Shown here: positions 35,301 to 46,334 of the stretch, piece after piece
Layout of the letters: each line of letters starts with the position of its first letter
Position numbering within the stretch: position 1 is the stretch's first letter
DNA from: a virus
Lineage: Duplodnaviria > Caudoviricetes
Length of the DNA: 64,000 nucleotides
Virus record (IMG/VR): IMGVR_UViG_3300044842_000325
Span: 64,847-128,846 of that record
Strand: one strand, 5' to 3'
The notes under the pieces: model-generated
Database searches by the model: none
Told to the model about the DNA's origin: nothing
Seen by the model: only the letters and a program-made list of their open reading frames with translations
Program-made: the position numbers and the translations under genes

Positions 35301-37499
35301 TCACCGGTAGGAGTTTCTTTGGTAACCCATCATTTTCAGGTAGAAGTCGTTGTCGTTAATGGCCGGCGCTTCGTAATTCACGGCGGCGGTTTGACTGCGT
35401 TTCTTCTTCCGTTCTTTGATGTCAGCCAGCAATTGATCAACGCTGGTCAAATCACCTTGCTGGTACACGATGCCTTGGGCGGTTACCCGCAGCTGATGTT
35501 CCAGTTTGGAGGCCAGATACGGATCAGCCGTTTCTTCCAACTGACGGCCGATTTCTTCGATCTGCGCACGAAGTGCTTTCTGCTTTTCCAACGCCATGTA
35601 TTCTTCGTACGTCATCGATTTGTTATCATCGATTTGGGTCATGACGTTTTGGATACCGTACACACCCATGTGTTTACCGTACGAGAGGAACCAATGGCAC
35701 AAGAGCCATGCCACCACCATATCGTCATGCTTACCGGCTTGGTGATCGACACGGTCGTTCTTCTTCACGAGTCCAGCGATCTGTTGGATCAGGCGTTTGT
35801 CGTACACCTTATCCGCACTGCGCTTCGCGGCATTTTGCAGCGTGTTACCGTACAGGTCACTCCGCGCAAAGCGACCACTTGCGGCTGTGCAGAAACCAAA
35901 TGCCGATTTGTTCAGCGTGTACATGCTGTCGTCACGCCGCGACACTGGCAACCGCACGATTTCATAGCGCTCCGGATAGTCATCTTTGTCTTGCACGATC
36001 GTGTTGAAAATCCGTTTGAAAGGATCTTCCCCGAACGATGGCAAGATGCTAAGGAGCATATCGCGCAGTGCTTCACCCGTGGACTTGGTTTCCAATACCA
36101 GCGTCACATTCTTGTTCTCGACCAGATACACCGCGAGCCAGTTACCGAACATGAGGATATTGGTTTCATTGATCGCAGCGGTTGCGACGACATCCAGCGT
36201 ATCGGCATCGAGCCAAACCAGCGCGATATCGTCGTTGTTGTTAGCGGACGAGGGGTCCACCCCCAACACGAGTTTAGCCCGTGACAAATAGTTGGCTAGA
36301 TTCTTCTCATCCACGTTCCACCGGATCATGTACTTCTGATGCGGGAAGACCTGATCGTAGACGAAATCGTTCGCCGAGGCCACGATCCGTTTCAAAAGTT
36401 GCGGCGAAAGCGGATGCGATTCCGTACCCGAAGTCCAGACGTTGAAGTAGTCGCGGTCAGCTGCATCACCCGAGGAGTTCGATTCACGCATCTTCTCCCA
36501 CAGCCACTTGTCGGTAAAGCCGAGTTGACGGTGGCTCATGATGATCGCGATACGGAAGTTACCGCCCGCATTGCGTTCCACAAATTCTTTCAACGCTGCT
36601 TCATTGGGCATGTCAAAGACGTGTTCGCTCCACGGCATCGAACCGAGAATGTAGTTGTCGTAGACGAACTTGCCTTCCGGCGTATCGAGTTTACCGGCCG
36701 TTGTGGTCAGGATGTTGCAGTACGGGGCGCCGACGGATGCAGCCACGTCACGTTTGGCGTTACCTGCGGACAGCAGTGCCGGGATCGAGATGTGCGCATT
36801 ACCGCAGAACGCTGCTTCGTCAATCCAGTTGATCGGGCTACCGAAACCACGACCCACGAGGTTGGCGTCTTTTTCCGAAGCACGTGGCACCCAGGTCTTG
36901 AGTTTGTTGCTGAGCAGGTTAACCGTGATTTCTTCGGTATTGTTGGCGTCGGTGCGTTTGTTGCGCAAGTCCATGTAATCGGGCAACGCATCGAACACCT
37001 TTTTGATGATGTCGATACTTTCCTTACGCAGCTTTTCACCTGCCGTGTACAGGTTAATCAGCGAACCTTCCGACATCACGCACATCAAACACACGATTAA
37101 CTCGTAGATCGTGTACGACTTACCAGTCTGTCGAGGCTGGATCAGGGTGATGGTGATGTGATTGAAGAAACACCACAGCACCGCGATATTACCACGGTTG
37201 GCTTTCATGGGCAGTGGCTGTGAACCACTACCAGCCGGAATGCGTGCCACTTCACGGAAGTAGTACCAAGGATTGATCTTGCACTCGGCAACGATCATGT
37301 CTTTTTCTTCTTGCGTGAGATTGGGCGAATGCGGATCGACGTGTTCCAACAATGGATTGATTAACGCCAACAGAAACATGTGGTTCTTCACCCCCATGCT
37401 TTTGTAGAGTTTGGCCATATACAACCACGACTCGTTCCGCGTCGACAGGTGCGGGATCGCGGTCGGGTAGTAGGCCCAATCTTGTTCGTAGAGGATCAT
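35301..37499 (-). CDS. terL: Terminase large subunit
   Basis: Walker A PRQTGKS, Walker B WIDEAAF, motif III TTTAG, nuclease motifs GVDPS and HDD. Confidence 0.95.
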   Translation of the reverse strand: MILYEQDWAYYPTAIPHLSTRNESWLYMAKLYKSMGVKNHMFLLALINPLLEHVDPHSPNLTQEEKDMIVAECKINPWYYFREVARIPAGSGSQPLPMKANRGNIAVLWCFFNHITITLIQPRQTGKSYTIYELIVCLMCVMSEGSLINLYTAGEKLRKESIDIIKKVFDALPDYMDLRNKRTDANNTEEITVNLLSNKLKTWVPRASEKDANLVGRGFGSPINWIDEAAFCGNAHISIPALLSAGNAKRDVAASVGAPYCNILTTTAGKLDTPEGKFVYDNYILGSMPWSEHVFDMPNEAALKEFVERNAGGNFRIAIIMSHRQLGFTDKWLWEKMRESNSSGDAADRDYFNVWTSGTESHPLSPQLLKRIVASANDFVYDQVFPHQKYMIRWNVDEKNLANYLSRAKLVLGVDPSSANNNDDIALVWLDADTLDVVATAAINETNILMFGNWLAVYLVENKNVTLVLETKSTGEALRDMLLSILPSFGEDPFKRIFNTIVQDKDDYPERYEIVRLPVSRRDDSMYTLNKSAFGFCTAASGRFARSDLYGNTLQNAAKRSADKVYDKRLIQQIAGLVKKNDRVDHQAGKHDDMVVAWLLCHWFLSYGKHMGVYGIQNVMTQIDDNKSMTYEEYMALEKQKALRAQIEEIGRQLEETADPYLASKLEHQLRVTAQGIVYQQGDLTSVDQLLADIKERKKKRSQTAAVNYEAPAINDNDFYLKMMGYQRNSYR

Positions 37500-37535
37500 G
37501 CTGCACCTCTTTATCTAAAGATCATAGATGGAAAC

Positions 37536-37563
37536 CCCTCTGCCACCTTGCGGTAGCAGAGGG
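37536..37563 (-). terminator. Intergenic hairpin
   Basis: CCCTCTGCCACC-ttgc-GGTAGCAGAGGG. Confidence 0.55.
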
Positions 37564-37569
37564 TAAGGA

Positions 37570-39255
37570 TTACTGCTGGTACATCGGCATGGCCGCGATG
37601 GCAAGTTGGATGTCCGTGTCCACCGTACGGATGAAGAACTTCACGAAGATCGTGTCGTTGTTGGCGAGCAGGTGACCCAGCGTCAGCAGTTTGTTCCACT
37701 GGTTGATCGGGTACGCTGTCTCCCAACCCGTGGTGCAGATCGAGAAGTGCGTCGGGGTGGGCGGCGCGACTTCTTGACCTTGGTCGGTGAGCGGGTACAC
37801 CAGGCCGTACAGACGAGCCAGCCACGCATTCACGTCGGTCTCGCCACAGCTGATATCCAGCGTGCACTGATTCTGGTTGATCACGATCAGCTTGGCGTAG
37901 TTGTTCTCGCCAAACAGGATCTCTTGGTTTGGTGTGAAACCGATCGCCCAGTTGGTGGTGCGCGCCGTACCCGGTTGACGCAGCACGATGTCGATGGTCT
38001 GTACATGGATCAGCGCCAGTCCTGCCGGATTGACATCCTTCAGATTGATCGACACCCCGAGCGTCTGCTTGAAGCCATACCCGAGTGGGTCGAACGGACG
38101 CGAGTTGTTGTTGATCTTGACATACGGTGTGACGAGTTGCGCCATGCGGCGTTCCATGTCGTACAGCCACCATTCCAGACGGTAACCCAATACGGAGTTA
38201 ATCCAGACCGGGAAACCATACAGCTTCGGCGAATACATGCCCTCGTAGTTGGTGGTGATGCCCTTGTAGTCACGCGTCACCGAGCCCGCCACACTTGTTT
38301 GCAGACCCATGACCACTTCGCCCGGCGAGAGCTTGTAATCGAGCACCAGATCGAACTCTTGACCCGCGTAGGTCGAGATGAAGTTGTCCAGACCGCGCAG
38401 CGAGAACTTGGTGTTGTTCACCGGCAGACGGATTTTGCTGCCGTCGCTGTATTCCACCACACCAATCAACGACAGGCCATTCATCGTGATGTTGACGGGG
38501 AACGACAACACGTTCGGATCGGACGACGAAATGAACGGCGATTCCAGGCTGATGTTGGTGATGTACTTGACCGAGTTGTTGGCCGCCGGCACGAACTGGG
38601 TGTTTTCCACCAGCACTTCCACCTTCGACACTTGATGGCCGGCATCCGAATACACGATCACTGCCAGCTTGGTGTTGTCGGCCAGGTCTTCGGTGGTGTA
38701 GCAGGTCGGGAACGACTTGATGCTGCGGTTGTTACCGTCGATTGCCGCGAGCACCATCGGTACAGCGGTACCGAGCAACTGGTTGGTCGGACTGTAGACT
38801 TGGCTGATCGGTTTGGCTTCGCCGACCACATCGGTCCCGAGGAAGATCGTAAAGCTTTCGGCTTCTTCGGTATAGCAATGCAGACGTGCGTCCAGCGTGA
38901 TCGTGTGCGGCATCACGTTCTTGTTGACGTAAGCGCGGAACGTGTCCGAGATCGAACCCGGACCGACGCCGAGAATCACGTCGATGTTGTCGAACTGTTG
39001 GTTCTGCGCCAGCGGCTTGAAGGTTTCCAAGCGCGGGATCAAAGTCGTCACATCGATCGCCGTCACCCGGTAATACTGGCCGGTTTCGTAATCGATCACC
39101 CAGTCCTTGACTTTCGGGACGTAACGGTTACTACCGACACCGCCCGTGTAAATTTCACTCAGCGCCCACTGGGTCCACCGAGCATCGGGTTCATAGACCG
39201 GCACTTCGCCGTCAGTACCGGTAATCCCCACGGTACTCAAAGTAACGTCTGTCAT
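37570..39255 (-). CDS. Virion structural protein (phiKZ gp26-like, tail/baseplate region)
   Basis: 561 aa, beta-rich; synteny terminase-gp26-gp27-gp28<>sheath-tube. Confidence 0.75.
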   Translation of the reverse strand: MTDVTLSTVGITGTDGEVPVYEPDARWTQWALSEIYTGGVGSNRYVPKVKDWVIDYETGQYYRVTAIDVTTLIPRLETFKPLAQNQQFDNIDVILGVGPGSISDTFRAYVNKNVMPHTITLDARLHCYTEEAESFTIFLGTDVVGEAKPISQVYSPTNQLLGTAVPMVLAAIDGNNRSIKSFPTCYTTEDLADNTKLAVIVYSDAGHQVSKVEVLVENTQFVPAANNSVKYITNISLESPFISSSDPNVLSFPVNITMNGLSLIGVVEYSDGSKIRLPVNNTKFSLRGLDNFISTYAGQEFDLVLDYKLSPGEVVMGLQTSVAGSVTRDYKGITTNYEGMYSPKLYGFPVWINSVLGYRLEWWLYDMERRMAQLVTPYVKINNNSRPFDPLGYGFKQTLGVSINLKDVNPAGLALIHVQTIDIVLRQPGTARTTNWAIGFTPNQEILFGENNYAKLIVINQNQCTLDISCGETDVNAWLARLYGLVYPLTDQGQEVAPPTPTHFSICTTGWETAYPINQWNKLLTLGHLLANNDTIFVKFFIRTVDTDIQLAIAAMPMYQQ

Positions 39256-39265
39256 GTTTTCTCCA

Positions 39266-41833
39266 TTACGCAGTGACGGTGACGTATTCCGACAAGCTCA
39301 CTGCATTGTTTAAGTAAAGCGATACAGCGCGCGACAGGAAGCGGTATTCGAACAGACCGAGGTTCGTCACGGTGTCCTTGTAATACGCTTGGACACTGAC
39401 GTAATTCTCATCGGCTTTGTTGGGATCACGCGTCGGGTCGAACGGTAACAGCTGTTCGTAGAATTGGCACATGTCGCGCACATCGTTGTCATTGTAGTGA
39501 TCGTACATGCGTGGGTCGGTGAAGACCTTGTGTGCCAGATCGTCAATCAGGGCGGACACGAACGGGCTGTACACCGCGTACCGCTCGTTAATCGGGCTGG
39601 GTTCTGTGTAGCTCGGTGGCGGCAACTTCATCGTCAGGTAATCCGACACATGTTTGTCCGTCACCAACGCTTTTGCGCGCAGGTCATACGTTTTCGCGTT
39701 GGTGGTTCCTCGCATCGGTACCACGATGTCGCGGATAACGTAAGGCGAACCATTCGGCACACCCGGCACGTTCACGCCACTGTGTTCTTCAGCGAAAGTC
39801 AGCTCCGTCGCGTCGTACACGCCGCCCCCCACTGCGATGTGCAACACCTTGTCACTGCGGATGTCGTAGCGGTTGTTGTTGGAAAGCACGCCATGACTTA
39901 CGAAACCCCGGTCCCCCAACACCGCCCGTTCCAGATTCTCGTCGCAGTGACCGCAGAATCGCACCGTAATGGCTTGCATGGGTTGGTTGGGTTGGATGTG
40001 TTTCTTGCTAATGATCACTACCCGCGGGAAGTTCACGATGTAATCGATGCCTTCCACCAACGCTTTACCATTCAACCACAGATCGAGTTCACCCATCTGT
40101 ACTTGCATGACCGTATTCGACGGTCCGTGGCCGCGGTCTTGGTCCGAAGTCAACGAGAACTGGAGCACCCCGCTTTGGATCGGCAGACTCAGGTTGTAGC
40201 ACAGGAAATCCCGGTTGCTGCGCACCATCGTGTACGTGGTCACCGGCGACGTGAGCCAATTCAGTCCGGTACCGCTAACGGTGTAGAGCGCGCTGTCGGT
40301 CACATCACGCCACAGGTTGTCCGGCAGACCGTTGACGATCGTGCAGGTGTACATGCGGTAATCGAGATTGTTGTCGATGGTGCCTGTCTGCTGACCGTAC
40401 TTCTCATCGAGCTGCCGTACGCCGTAGCCGGAGATGATTTGCACCAACACCGTTTTCGCGTTGCGGGTGGTCCAGCTGGCCCCGAGGGTATGTACATACC
40501 AACCCAACAGATGGCCGTCGCTATCGAATTCGAACACTGTGCTGCGGTATTGCAAATTCGGCGGAATGCTCACTTGCCCGATTCCCGACACGTTCTTGAC
40601 GAACTGCGGCGTAGGGGCGAGTTGTTGACTCATCGAGTTGTAGCCGAAAGCATCTTGCACCAGTGGGGCCGTGATCTCGAACGTCGTGGCGCGCATGATC
40701 TTGGTATAGCTCGATGCTTCCAAGTGAGCGGGCTGCCATTCCGGCACAGTCGCATCCACGCCGATCATCGCTTTCACGATTTGTTCATCGGTCAAACTGT
40801 AGAGTTCACGCAGTCGGTTGGCTTCGTTGACCAGCGGTCGACGGTAACCGGACTTGCGCAGATGCAGACGCATCGTGACCGTGTTCAGATCTCCCCATTC
40901 GGGCTTGGAGGCCAGATACGATTCCAGGTACGGTACACACACTGCGTAATCCGCATGAGTGACTTGTCGCACTGCATCCACTTGGTTACGGTGAAAGTAC
41001 AAACCTTGAGCCCGGCCGAGGTCATCGAGCTTGTAAATGAAGATGTCGATGTCGTCTTGGTACGTGATGTTGGTCTTGAGCGCCTTGGTCGGATGCACCA
41101 GATACTTGCGTTTGGTGTCCAAGGTGCTGTCGAACACGCTTAGGGTCGAAATCACGATGTCTTCGACGGCGTAGATAGACCCGTCGTACACGTATTCGAT
41201 CACGTCGCCGGGTTGCACGGTCGTGAGGTCGATCGAATCCACCAGATAGCCGTTGACAAACCCGTATGCATGTCCTAGCTGGTTGGCCGCAATGAAATCG
41301 TTTTGGATGCGCACGATGTCGTTGGTGTCTCGCGTCACGCTACCGCGCACTTGAATGAAGTCAGTGCTCACGTCACGGCGGGTCGATCCGAAGTACGCAT
41401 TGTGGTACACACGCAGGTATAGCGAGTCGGTGTTGTAATTGATATCGACCTTTTTGTTTTCTTGGACCGCGATGATCAAATCGTTGTCAGCCGTGACCAT
41501 GTACCATGCCAGAATGCGCGGCGATTGACGACCGTTGTCGGTATAGAGATCGATGATGGTTTCTTCGGTCTCACACACGCTGGGCATGTGCATCCAGACA
41601 CCACGGCTGGGTGGAATGGTAAGGCCGAGTTGCGACGGATTGATACCGCCGACTTGATAGCAGTGAAACAACGCCCCAGCGACAGGCAATTTGTATTGGC
41701 GCCACATCACATCCACGGATGTGTAGACACCGCCATAACGGGTGATCTTGGCCAGCTTGATGACGGACTGTTGGTCTTGACTGGGCGTGCACCACACGTT
41801 TTGGATGGCTTGCTTGATCAGATAGTCAGCCAT
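39266..41833 (-). CDS. Virion structural protein (phiKZ gp27-like)
   Basis: 855 aa, N-terminal NVWCTPSQD, synteny. Confidence 0.75.
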   Translation of the reverse strand: MADYLIKQAIQNVWCTPSQDQQSVIKLAKITRYGGVYTSVDVMWRQYKLPVAGALFHCYQVGGINPSQLGLTIPPSRGVWMHMPSVCETEETIIDLYTDNGRQSPRILAWYMVTADNDLIIAVQENKKVDINYNTDSLYLRVYHNAYFGSTRRDVSTDFIQVRGSVTRDTNDIVRIQNDFIAANQLGHAYGFVNGYLVDSIDLTTVQPGDVIEYVYDGSIYAVEDIVISTLSVFDSTLDTKRKYLVHPTKALKTNITYQDDIDIFIYKLDDLGRAQGLYFHRNQVDAVRQVTHADYAVCVPYLESYLASKPEWGDLNTVTMRLHLRKSGYRRPLVNEANRLRELYSLTDEQIVKAMIGVDATVPEWQPAHLEASSYTKIMRATTFEITAPLVQDAFGYNSMSQQLAPTPQFVKNVSGIGQVSIPPNLQYRSTVFEFDSDGHLLGWYVHTLGASWTTRNAKTVLVQIISGYGVRQLDEKYGQQTGTIDNNLDYRMYTCTIVNGLPDNLWRDVTDSALYTVSGTGLNWLTSPVTTYTMVRSNRDFLCYNLSLPIQSGVLQFSLTSDQDRGHGPSNTVMQVQMGELDLWLNGKALVEGIDYIVNFPRVVIISKKHIQPNQPMQAITVRFCGHCDENLERAVLGDRGFVSHGVLSNNNRYDIRSDKVLHIAVGGGVYDATELTFAEEHSGVNVPGVPNGSPYVIRDIVVPMRGTTNAKTYDLRAKALVTDKHVSDYLTMKLPPPSYTEPSPINERYAVYSPFVSALIDDLAHKVFTDPRMYDHYNDNDVRDMCQFYEQLLPFDPTRDPNKADENYVSVQAYYKDTVTNLGLFEYRFLSRAVSLYLNNAVSLSEYVTVTA

Positions 41834-41911
41834 GGTGGTCCTTCAAAGAAAAAACACATAAACGAAACCACCATCCAGACCGCTTGGGCGATCCAGATGG
41901 TGGGTGCGGTA

Positions 41912-42886
41912 TTAGAAACGGCTCGTCGCTTCGCTGTCGACCTTGGCGGTCGATTCCGGCAGGATGCTGCGCAGCGTCTGGACCAAACGTTCCATCCCGT
42001 CAGCGAAGCGTGGACGCTCCACGATGCGCGACAGGCCGACCTTCTTCAGCGCCAGATTGGTGTAGGCTTCGTAGATGAGCGAGATCCAGGTCGGCGGATG
42101 TTCCATCGCCACCGCGCACAGCTCGATCGCGTTGTCGCCAGCCCAGGTGCCACCCATCAGGGTCACCAGCACACCATGGTTGAGGTTTTCCAGTCGCACG
42201 TTGCCGAGCACCGTCTTGGCTTTGGTGCAGAAGTCTTCGATGGAGACGATGACTTGGCTCTGCGTGTAGATACGCTTGACGTCAGTGACGCTCACTTTCA
42301 ACGCATTGGCCACGGCCGACAGATAACGGTCTTCGTTACCCTTGTCGAACTCAATGCCTTCGACATGGTTGGACTGATAGAACAGACCAGCGAGGATCAT
42401 CAGCTCGATCTTCGACTTGGGGTCGAGTTGATACTTGAACCCGATGGCCTCCGACAGCCACGAAGCGAAGATGGCGGTGGCGGTGGGGGTGATGGCGCGG
42501 AAGGCGTTGGCGCCACTGGTGAGCCAGACCGAGGACAGGCCGCCGCGATAGACCAGGTTTTTGTACATGGTCGAGTTGGTCACTTTGAAGCGACCGAGTT
42601 GGGCGTCGAAGCGACCGCAGGCACGCAGGTCCATGGCGAGGATCGCTTCATCGTAGTGGGTGCGGGCCCCACGGTGGTCTTGTGGGTTAGTGGACTTGTG
42701 GATGTACACTGCGTGTTTGAAAGCCTTGATTTGACCCGAGGCACCGTTGGACGCATCCACATAAGCCACGCCGTCGGCACGGTCCAGGTGGTCACGCAAT
42801 TGGGCTTCGAGGATCGCGTCCACGATCGGCGCCATGCGGAAACCCGCGCATGCTGTCGTGTCGTAGGCCGTATGGTGAATTGTCAT
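41912..42886 (-). CDS. Virion structural protein (phiKZ gp28-like)
   Basis: 324 aa, AMEHPPTW motif, divergent from the sheath gene. Confidence 0.7.
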   Translation of the reverse strand: MTIHHTAYDTTACAGFRMAPIVDAILEAQLRDHLDRADGVAYVDASNGASGQIKAFKHAVYIHKSTNPQDHRGARTHYDEAILAMDLRACGRFDAQLGRFKVTNSTMYKNLVYRGGLSSVWLTSGANAFRAITPTATAIFASWLSEAIGFKYQLDPKSKIELMILAGLFYQSNHVEGIEFDKGNEDRYLSAVANALKVSVTDVKRIYTQSQVIVSIEDFCTKAKTVLGNVRLENLNHGVLVTLMGGTWAGDNAIELCAVAMEHPPTWISLIYEAYTNLALKKVGLSRIVERPRFADGMERLVQTLRSILPESTAKVDSEATSRF

Positions 42887-43080
42887 GATGACTCATCCTT
42901 AATGCTGCGGGCTGAATGATATGTTAAATCAATGTCGAGTCCGCTCAGGTTGTTTTAACATCACTGGAGTGTTTGCGCTCAGAACTCCAGTATTTTTTTA
43001 CGATTCTATGATGCTGGGCATCGACTTCGAAACAATACCGAAACCATACCATTCATTATTAGCGACAGGAACCTGACATA

Positions 43081-45168
43081 ATGAACATCATTAACGCAAC
43101 ACCGATGTCGTATAACAACGGCATCCACGATGTGTCTGGTCGGACGCTGGCTCCTCAACCCCTCGACCAGCCATCCCACCTGCCGAAATCGTTTATCTTT
43201 GCTCGCAAAGGTAAGCCCGGCAAAAGCTACCTCGTCGTGGGCGACAGCCGCACGTCGATCTTCGGCGCGGAAACGTTCGACGAACTGGGTAAGTATTTCA
43301 ACCACGCCACCGCGTTCAACAACATCTTCAACAAGGCCGGCAACGCGTCGATGGTCGAGCGCGTGCTCCCGCAAGATGCCAACCCGCCGGCCGCGTTCCG
43401 TCTGTCGCTCGACCTGCTGGCGACCGATGTGCAGGATTTCCAGCGCAATCCGGACGGCACCTACCTGATCGACGGCAGCGGTAACAAAGTGCCGACCAAC
43501 AGCAAGATCGCCGGTTACCTGGGTAAGTGGGTCGTCGAAGCAATTTCGGCTACCGACGGCATCCGTGACTTCGGCAATGGTCAAATCGTCAAGGGCGACC
43601 AAGTCGACGGCACCAACGCCACCCAGTCCGACCGCTATCCGATCATGGACTTCATGGTCAGCTCGGAAGGCGAGTGGGGTAACAACAAGGGCATTTCGAT
43701 CTGGGCTCTGACCCAACTGACGAACGTGCAAGTCGACAGCCGCCTGATCACCGATCAGAAAGCCTACCCGTTCCAGCTGGCTGTCAAATCGCGTCCGGAC
43801 GCTCTGACCACCCCGACCGCAGTGTCGACCCTGACCGGCTCGACCTCGATCACGTTCTCGCTGAAACCCGGCCTGCGCGACCGCAACACGTCGGCGCAAC
43901 TGTACCTGGGCGACATCTTCGTGCGCAACTGGCAAGACACGACGACCCCGGGCATGTCCCCGACCATCGGCGACTTCGACCGCATCAAGGTGTACGACAA
44001 CCATGTCGCCACCGTGCTGGGCAAGATCTACACGGCCGAACTGCCGGCCCTGGACGCGTTCTCGGATTTCACCGGCGAAGACGACGAGATCTACCGCGTC
44101 AACCTGTTCACTGCGCTGACCTCCTACGGTACGCCGTACCACGCCTACCAGCTGGTAACCGGTGCACAGAACTCGGTGCGCCTGTCCGAAGGCAACACCA
44201 TGTTCGCCCAAGGCGGCTCGGACGGTACGATGGACGATACCACGTTCGCGGCACTGGTCAAGACCAAGCTGCTGGAATACGCTGATAAGAACAGCCAACG
44301 CCAGGACTCGGTCAATCACCCGGAAAACATCTTCTGGGATTCGGGCTTCCCGCTCGATGTCAAGAAAACCATGGGCAGCTTCATCGCTGTGCGCAAGGAC
44401 ACTTACGTGGTGGGTTCGACCCACGTCGTCGGTGGTCCGGACCTCACGGATGACCAAGAGCGCTCGGTGGCGATCACCCTCGCTTCGGCATTCCAGAACT
44501 ACCCGGAATCGACGACCTACGCTACCCCGACGGTGCGTGCTTCGATCATCGGTGGTTCGGGCTACCTGCTCAACAGCAACTACAGCAAGTCGGTGCCGGC
44601 ATCGATCGACCGTGCCTGGGCCTGGTCGCTGTACATGGGTGCTTCGAACGGCAAGTGGGTCTCCAGCCGCAAGCCGGACGTCAGCCCGAACAACCAAGTC
44701 ACGCTGCTGCGCGATCTGAACGTGGCATTCCGCCCGGCCAACGCGCGCTACAAAGACTGGGACGCCGGTCTGGTATGGCCGGAGCCGTACTCGATGGACA
44801 TGATGTACTTCCCGCAGTTCCAGACGGTCTACCCGGACGACACCTCGGTGCTCAACGCTGGTCTGACCGCGTTTGCCTGCGCGCAGCTGGTGCGTATCGG
44901 CGAGAAAGTTCACCGTGACTTCACCGGCCGCAGCGATCTGACCAAAGAGCAGCTGGTCGAGCGTATCAACAACGCTTACCTGGATGCCGTCAAGGACAAG
45001 TTCGACAACCGCTTCACGATCCTGGTCGACACCCAGTTCACCGCAGACGACAACCTGCGTGGCTACAGCTGGACGACCATCGTCAAGATCGGCGCGAACT
45101 CGATGACCACGGTCCAGTCGCTGACCATCGAATCGTATCGCAACGAAGACCTGGCCACCGCGGCTTAA
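43081..45168 (+). CDS. Contractile tail sheath protein (phiKZ gp29-like)
   Basis: 695 aa, FWDSGFPLDVK motif, highly biased codons, followed by the tube gene. Confidence 0.88.
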   Translation: MNIINATPMSYNNGIHDVSGRTLAPQPLDQPSHLPKSFIFARKGKPGKSYLVVGDSRTSIFGAETFDELGKYFNHATAFNNIFNKAGNASMVERVLPQDANPPAAFRLSLDLLATDVQDFQRNPDGTYLIDGSGNKVPTNSKIAGYLGKWVVEAISATDGIRDFGNGQIVKGDQVDGTNATQSDRYPIMDFMVSSEGEWGNNKGISIWALTQLTNVQVDSRLITDQKAYPFQLAVKSRPDALTTPTAVSTLTGSTSITFSLKPGLRDRNTSAQLYLGDIFVRNWQDTTTPGMSPTIGDFDRIKVYDNHVATVLGKIYTAELPALDAFSDFTGEDDEIYRVNLFTALTSYGTPYHAYQLVTGAQNSVRLSEGNTMFAQGGSDGTMDDTTFAALVKTKLLEYADKNSQRQDSVNHPENIFWDSGFPLDVKKTMGSFIAVRKDTYVVGSTHVVGGPDLTDDQERSVAITLASAFQNYPESTTYATPTVRASIIGGSGYLLNSNYSKSVPASIDRAWAWSLYMGASNGKWVSSRKPDVSPNNQVTLLRDLNVAFRPANARYKDWDAGLVWPEPYSMDMMYFPQFQTVYPDDTSVLNAGLTAFACAQLVRIGEKVHRDFTGRSDLTKEQLVERINNAYLDAVKDKFDNRFTILVDTQFTADDNLRGYSWTTIVKIGANSMTTVQSLTIESYRNEDLATAA

Positions 45169-45234
45169 GCGCTTCCCGTGATAACCTAGGCAGCCTGGCT
45201 TGTGCCGGGCTGCTTTACTTAAAAAGGTATTAAC

Positions 45235-46122
45235 ATGACTCGTCCTAATGGTGCCATTCTGCAAGCCGGCACAGCGTACGGTCTGGGTGCACAAGCCCCC
45301 ATGATCGACCTGACCTACGGTGGTCAGATGGGTTGGGCGCCCGACAACGCGGCTTGGGTCAACAACCAAGCATACGTCCGTCGCCACCTCATCCCGATCC
45401 TGCTGGAAGCGCCGAAGCTGTTCCAGTTCTTCCCCAATCCGGACAAATACGTCGCCGCTCTGCGCGCTCTGATCGAGACGCAGTGGTTGAACGTCGAAGG
45501 TCTGAACCGCGGCCTGACCGCCGAGTTCGCCCAGAACCCGTACGGTGGTTCGGGTCAAACCCAGCAAGACCTGGTCAACGTCAAGCGTGCCGAGTCCAAG
45601 CCGAAGCACACCTTCCTGGAACGTGCTGGTCGCCCGATCCAACGTTTCCTGGAAACCTGGATCACCTACGCTGGTCTCGACCCGGACACCAAGTTCCCGC
45701 AAGTCACGACCCTGCCGGCTTTCCAAGCTGCTTACCAAGCCGGTACGGTGACCGACAACCTGGGCGACATGACCACGGCGACGGTGCTGTACATCGAACC
45801 CGATCCGTACGGCCGCAAAGTCGAGCAGGCATTCCTGTGCTTCAACATGTTCCCGGAAGGTACGGGCGACATCGTCGGCTCGGCTGACAAGACCCAGGAC
45901 ATGCAGACGCTCAACGTGGACGTCCAGTTCACGGCCCTGCAACAAGTCGGTTACGGCGTCGATGCGTTCGCGCAGCAGATCCTCAACACCGTCAACTACG
46001 TCGGTGCCAACCCGATGATGAAGCAAGCCATGATCGACCAGATCAGCGCCGACATCCGCGCCGCCAACACCGGCTACGATGCCAGCGTCAAGGCTGTTTC
46101 CGAGCGTCAAATCAGCGTGTAA
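45235..46122 (+). CDS. Tail tube protein (phiKZ gp30-like)
   Basis: 295 aa directly after the sheath; YIEPDP and NMFP motifs. Confidence 0.82.
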   Translation: MTRPNGAILQAGTAYGLGAQAPMIDLTYGGQMGWAPDNAAWVNNQAYVRRHLIPILLEAPKLFQFFPNPDKYVAALRALIETQWLNVEGLNRGLTAEFAQNPYGGSGQTQQDLVNVKRAESKPKHTFLERAGRPIQRFLETWITYAGLDPDTKFPQVTTLPAFQAAYQAGTVTDNLGDMTTATVLYIEPDPYGRKVEQAFLCFNMFPEGTGDIVGSADKTQDMQTLNVDVQFTALQQVGYGVDAFAQQILNTVNYVGANPMMKQAMIDQISADIRAANTGYDASVKAVSERQISV

Positions 46123-46139
46123 TTCAACGCAACATACCG

Positions 46140-46178
46140 CCTCTCCTTCCCGCTTGGGAAGGAGAGGTAGTTATGCCG
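46140..46178 (+). terminator. 12-bp hairpin + TATGCCG
   Basis: CCTCTCCTTCCC-GCTT-GGGAAGGAGAGG-TAGT-TATGCCG. Confidence 0.7.
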
Positions 46179-46294
46179 TCAAAAACATCATAGAACGCGT
46201 TATACGGGGTTTTCTATTGCAGCTGGTAACTTCTGTCGTCCTTAGGAAACAAAGCGCTTAAAACGCTTCTAAAAAGAAACAAAAAAAGAAAGAG

Positions 46295-46331
46295 GGCATA
46301 CTGCCCGCCCCGACCCGAAGGCCGAGGCGGG
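46295..46331 (-). terminator. Hairpin + TATGCC + T-rich tract closing the structured RNA region
   Basis: CCCGCCTCGGCC-TTCG-GGTCGGGGCGGG-CAG-TATGCC on the minus strand. Confidence 0.65.
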
Positions 46332-46334
46332 AGC

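Noticed and set aside
43006-46110. 1034-aa minus-strand ORF antisense to the sheath and tube genes (likewise 10510-11826, 19016-20293, 37606-39276, 39464-41143, 49953-51416 and 52029-53630)
   Set aside because: Shadow frames of well-supported genes, with the typical antisense composition.
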